DNA of 64,000 nt. Source: Lepidodermella squamata. Lineage: Eukaryota; Animalia; Gastrotricha. The position numbers were made by a program, and so were the translations under genes. The first letter of the stretch is position 1; each line of letters starts with the position of its first letter. This document shows positions 62,455 through 64,000 of this stretch, piece by piece. The notes under the pieces were generated by a model. That model did no database searches. It was not told the origin of the DNA and saw only the letters and a list, made by a program, of their open reading frames with translations. The stretch spans positions 1,984,001 to 2,048,000 of the forward strand of contig JBLDXI010000001.1 of assembly GCA_047495785.1 (NCBI GenBank), given 5' to 3'.

Positions 62455-62625
62455 ATTAATGGGTTTTCAATCTTAAATGTAAATGTTAAATGGGTGTAAA
62501 TTTTCCTACCATCAATTTTGGGGTTTTCACCATCAAATTTGGGCTTTCGCTAACGAAGCGGAAAACGCCATCAATTTAGGTACTTTCGCCAACAGTATGC
62601 ATTTTCTCGCCAACAAATCCGAAAA
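62455..62625. repeat. Degenerate ~20-bp tandem repeat (TTTTCxCCATCAAxTTTGGG-like)
   Basis: ttttcctaccatcaattttgggg / ttttcaccatcaaatttgggc / tttcgctaacgaa / cgccatcaatttagg / tttcgccaacag / ttctcgccaacaaa. Confidence 0.6.
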
Positions 62626-62944
62626 TACTCGCTGATTAAGTGGAAAGCTGTTCGAGACATTCGCCGCGGTAATTAGCCATTTTAGCCGAACCTCAATCGC
62701 GCGGAAATTGGAGATGATATTTTTTTCATAAATTTAGGGCGATCGCGTCAAAAATTGATAACAAAAAGTAAAGCAACAAGAATATATAAAGATAACAATA
62801 TAGATAACTATATAGATAAGCTGCCAATGGATGTAATTACTGTTTCCTCTGCTTTCCCCTTATTTTCAAATCTAGCTTTAGAAAGAAAAAAGTAGGTTCG
62901 ATTCCTTATAGAATAGCATTATTTTTTTCGGAATGGCTGCTCGT

Positions 62945-63346
62945 ACATATATATGTGCGTGATTTTTGCTTGTCGTACATATATTTATGCTAAAATAGTT
63001 ATGCTCAACTTTGAAATTTCATGCTGGATTAATCAATTTTGATCGCAACTGTTCAAAATTTTAACCATATGTGCATCGAAGCGTGACCAACCTCCTCTCA
63101 AAGTTTGGCACGCATCGGGTAGAAGTCCATTATTAGCCACCCTGAAAACCGAAAATACCCGAAGTCGGTAATGTCAGTAACCATAACTGTCGGTAAGAAT
63201 TTGCCGGTGAGTCTAACCCTATTAGAGGCATTTTCCCTCAAAAAATAAACTTGCCGGGATCAAAATTGAGTACATGGCTGAAATTATAAGTTTTTATTCG
63301 AATTATATATATGTACGACTACCAAAAATCGCGGACATATATATGT
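62945..63346. mobile_element. Older MITE-like element with ~100-bp degenerate terminal inverted repeats
   Basis: Left ACATATATATGTGCGTGATTTTTGCTTGTCGTACATATAT..AATTTCA..TCAATTTTGATC matches the reverse complement of right GATCAAAATTGA..TGAAATT..ATATATGTACGACTACCAAAAATCGCGGACATATATATGT. Confidence 0.65.
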
Positions 63347-63832
63347 CGTAGTCTAATAAGCAATTTAATTGGATTGGGAATCGAACTAGTTTTTTGCCAA
63401 TTTGCTCAAAAACCTAGTTTAGAATATACCGTGATAATTGATCCCATACCAAAGTTGTGGTTAAATATCAAAATACTACGCAATTTACCTAAAGTTTTGA
63501 GAATCCAACTCTGAAGAAGTTCAGAAGTGGCTGACTTGGCCGTTCTGTCTCGTTTATTTTGCCGAAATGGCAAAATGGCTCTACCACAACAAAATTTAAT
63601 TTAGCAAATTCAAATAGGCCGCGAAAATAGCCAAAACTGTATTTCTAACATTGCTTGACGCTATCAATCGAGTTAGTTGTTCAAAACGTAAGCCACTACC
63701 CGCCAGGAAGGTAACGTTTCGCGCAATAATTGTGTTTGATCGCCTTACAAACTAGTTTTTTAAAAGTTCGCTTATTAAACTAGTTGGATTCCCAATCCAA
63801 CTAAATTGCTTATTAGACTACGACATATATGT
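63335..63832. mobile_element. MITE with ~49-bp near-perfect terminal inverted repeats flanked by (TA)n
   Basis: TGTCGTAGTCTAATAAGCAATTTAATTGGATTGGGAATCGAACTAGTTT versus the reverse complement of the right end: 2 mismatches in 49 nt. No coding capacity. Confidence 0.85.
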
Positions 63833-64000
63833 ATGAACTTTTTTTTGCTTCGCATTAAGTTATTTCAATTTTTAATTTTCCCTTATTTTTAATGGAAATT
63901 TAATTTTTCAATTATTTTTAATTGGTTTCTCCGTTGTTTCGTAGTATTATTGCTGAGTAACTACGGAACAAAATATGTCGGCGATACGTGGTAATAATTA

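Noticed and set aside
62866-62915. GGTTCGATTCC (tRNA T-loop/B-box) preceded by TAGCTTTAG
   Set aside because: No acceptor stem or anticodon arm can be formed; at most a SINE/tRNA remnant or chance match.
1-64000. CRISPR arrays, prokaryotic operons, pervasive non-canonical introns or an alternative genetic code
   Set aside because: All genes splice with GT-AG (one GC-AG) under the standard code, and no repeat-spacer arrays were seen.

Overview
Eukaryotic (invertebrate animal) genomic DNA from a compact genome. Most introns are about 40-60 nt GT-AG; the gene content (NIT-type guanylyl cyclase, [13 protein letters not shown] anion channel) is compatible with a spiralian, though the taxon is not proven. 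I spliced genes by hand from the ORF fragments. From left to right: (1) a tandem array of four secreted paralogues built from a shared ~250-aa cysteine-rich unit, two with mucin stalks (1-12.4 kb); (2) an intronless, divergent GABA-B-like class C GPCR; (3) a sigma-class GST; (4) a complete unc-80 gene with a cluster of candidate phase-1 cassette exons rich in RRxS motifs; (5) a GlyR/GluCl-like Cys-loop channel whose loop C is shortened to C-x5-C; (6) an MFSD4-like transporter carrying a ~380-aa mucin-like loop with a furin site; (7) a secreted, probably GPI-anchored uncharacterised invertebrate protein; (8) a two-TM NIT-type guanylyl cyclase that has lost the Asn/Arg/KGKG catalytic residues; (9) a CD225/dispanin protein; (10) an orphan ORF. 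Several MITE-like inverted-repeat elements are also present. No tRNA, rRNA or CRISPR features were found. The most interesting items are the modular Cys-rich array, the loop-C-truncated channel, the half-site cyclase and the mucin-bearing MFS transporter.
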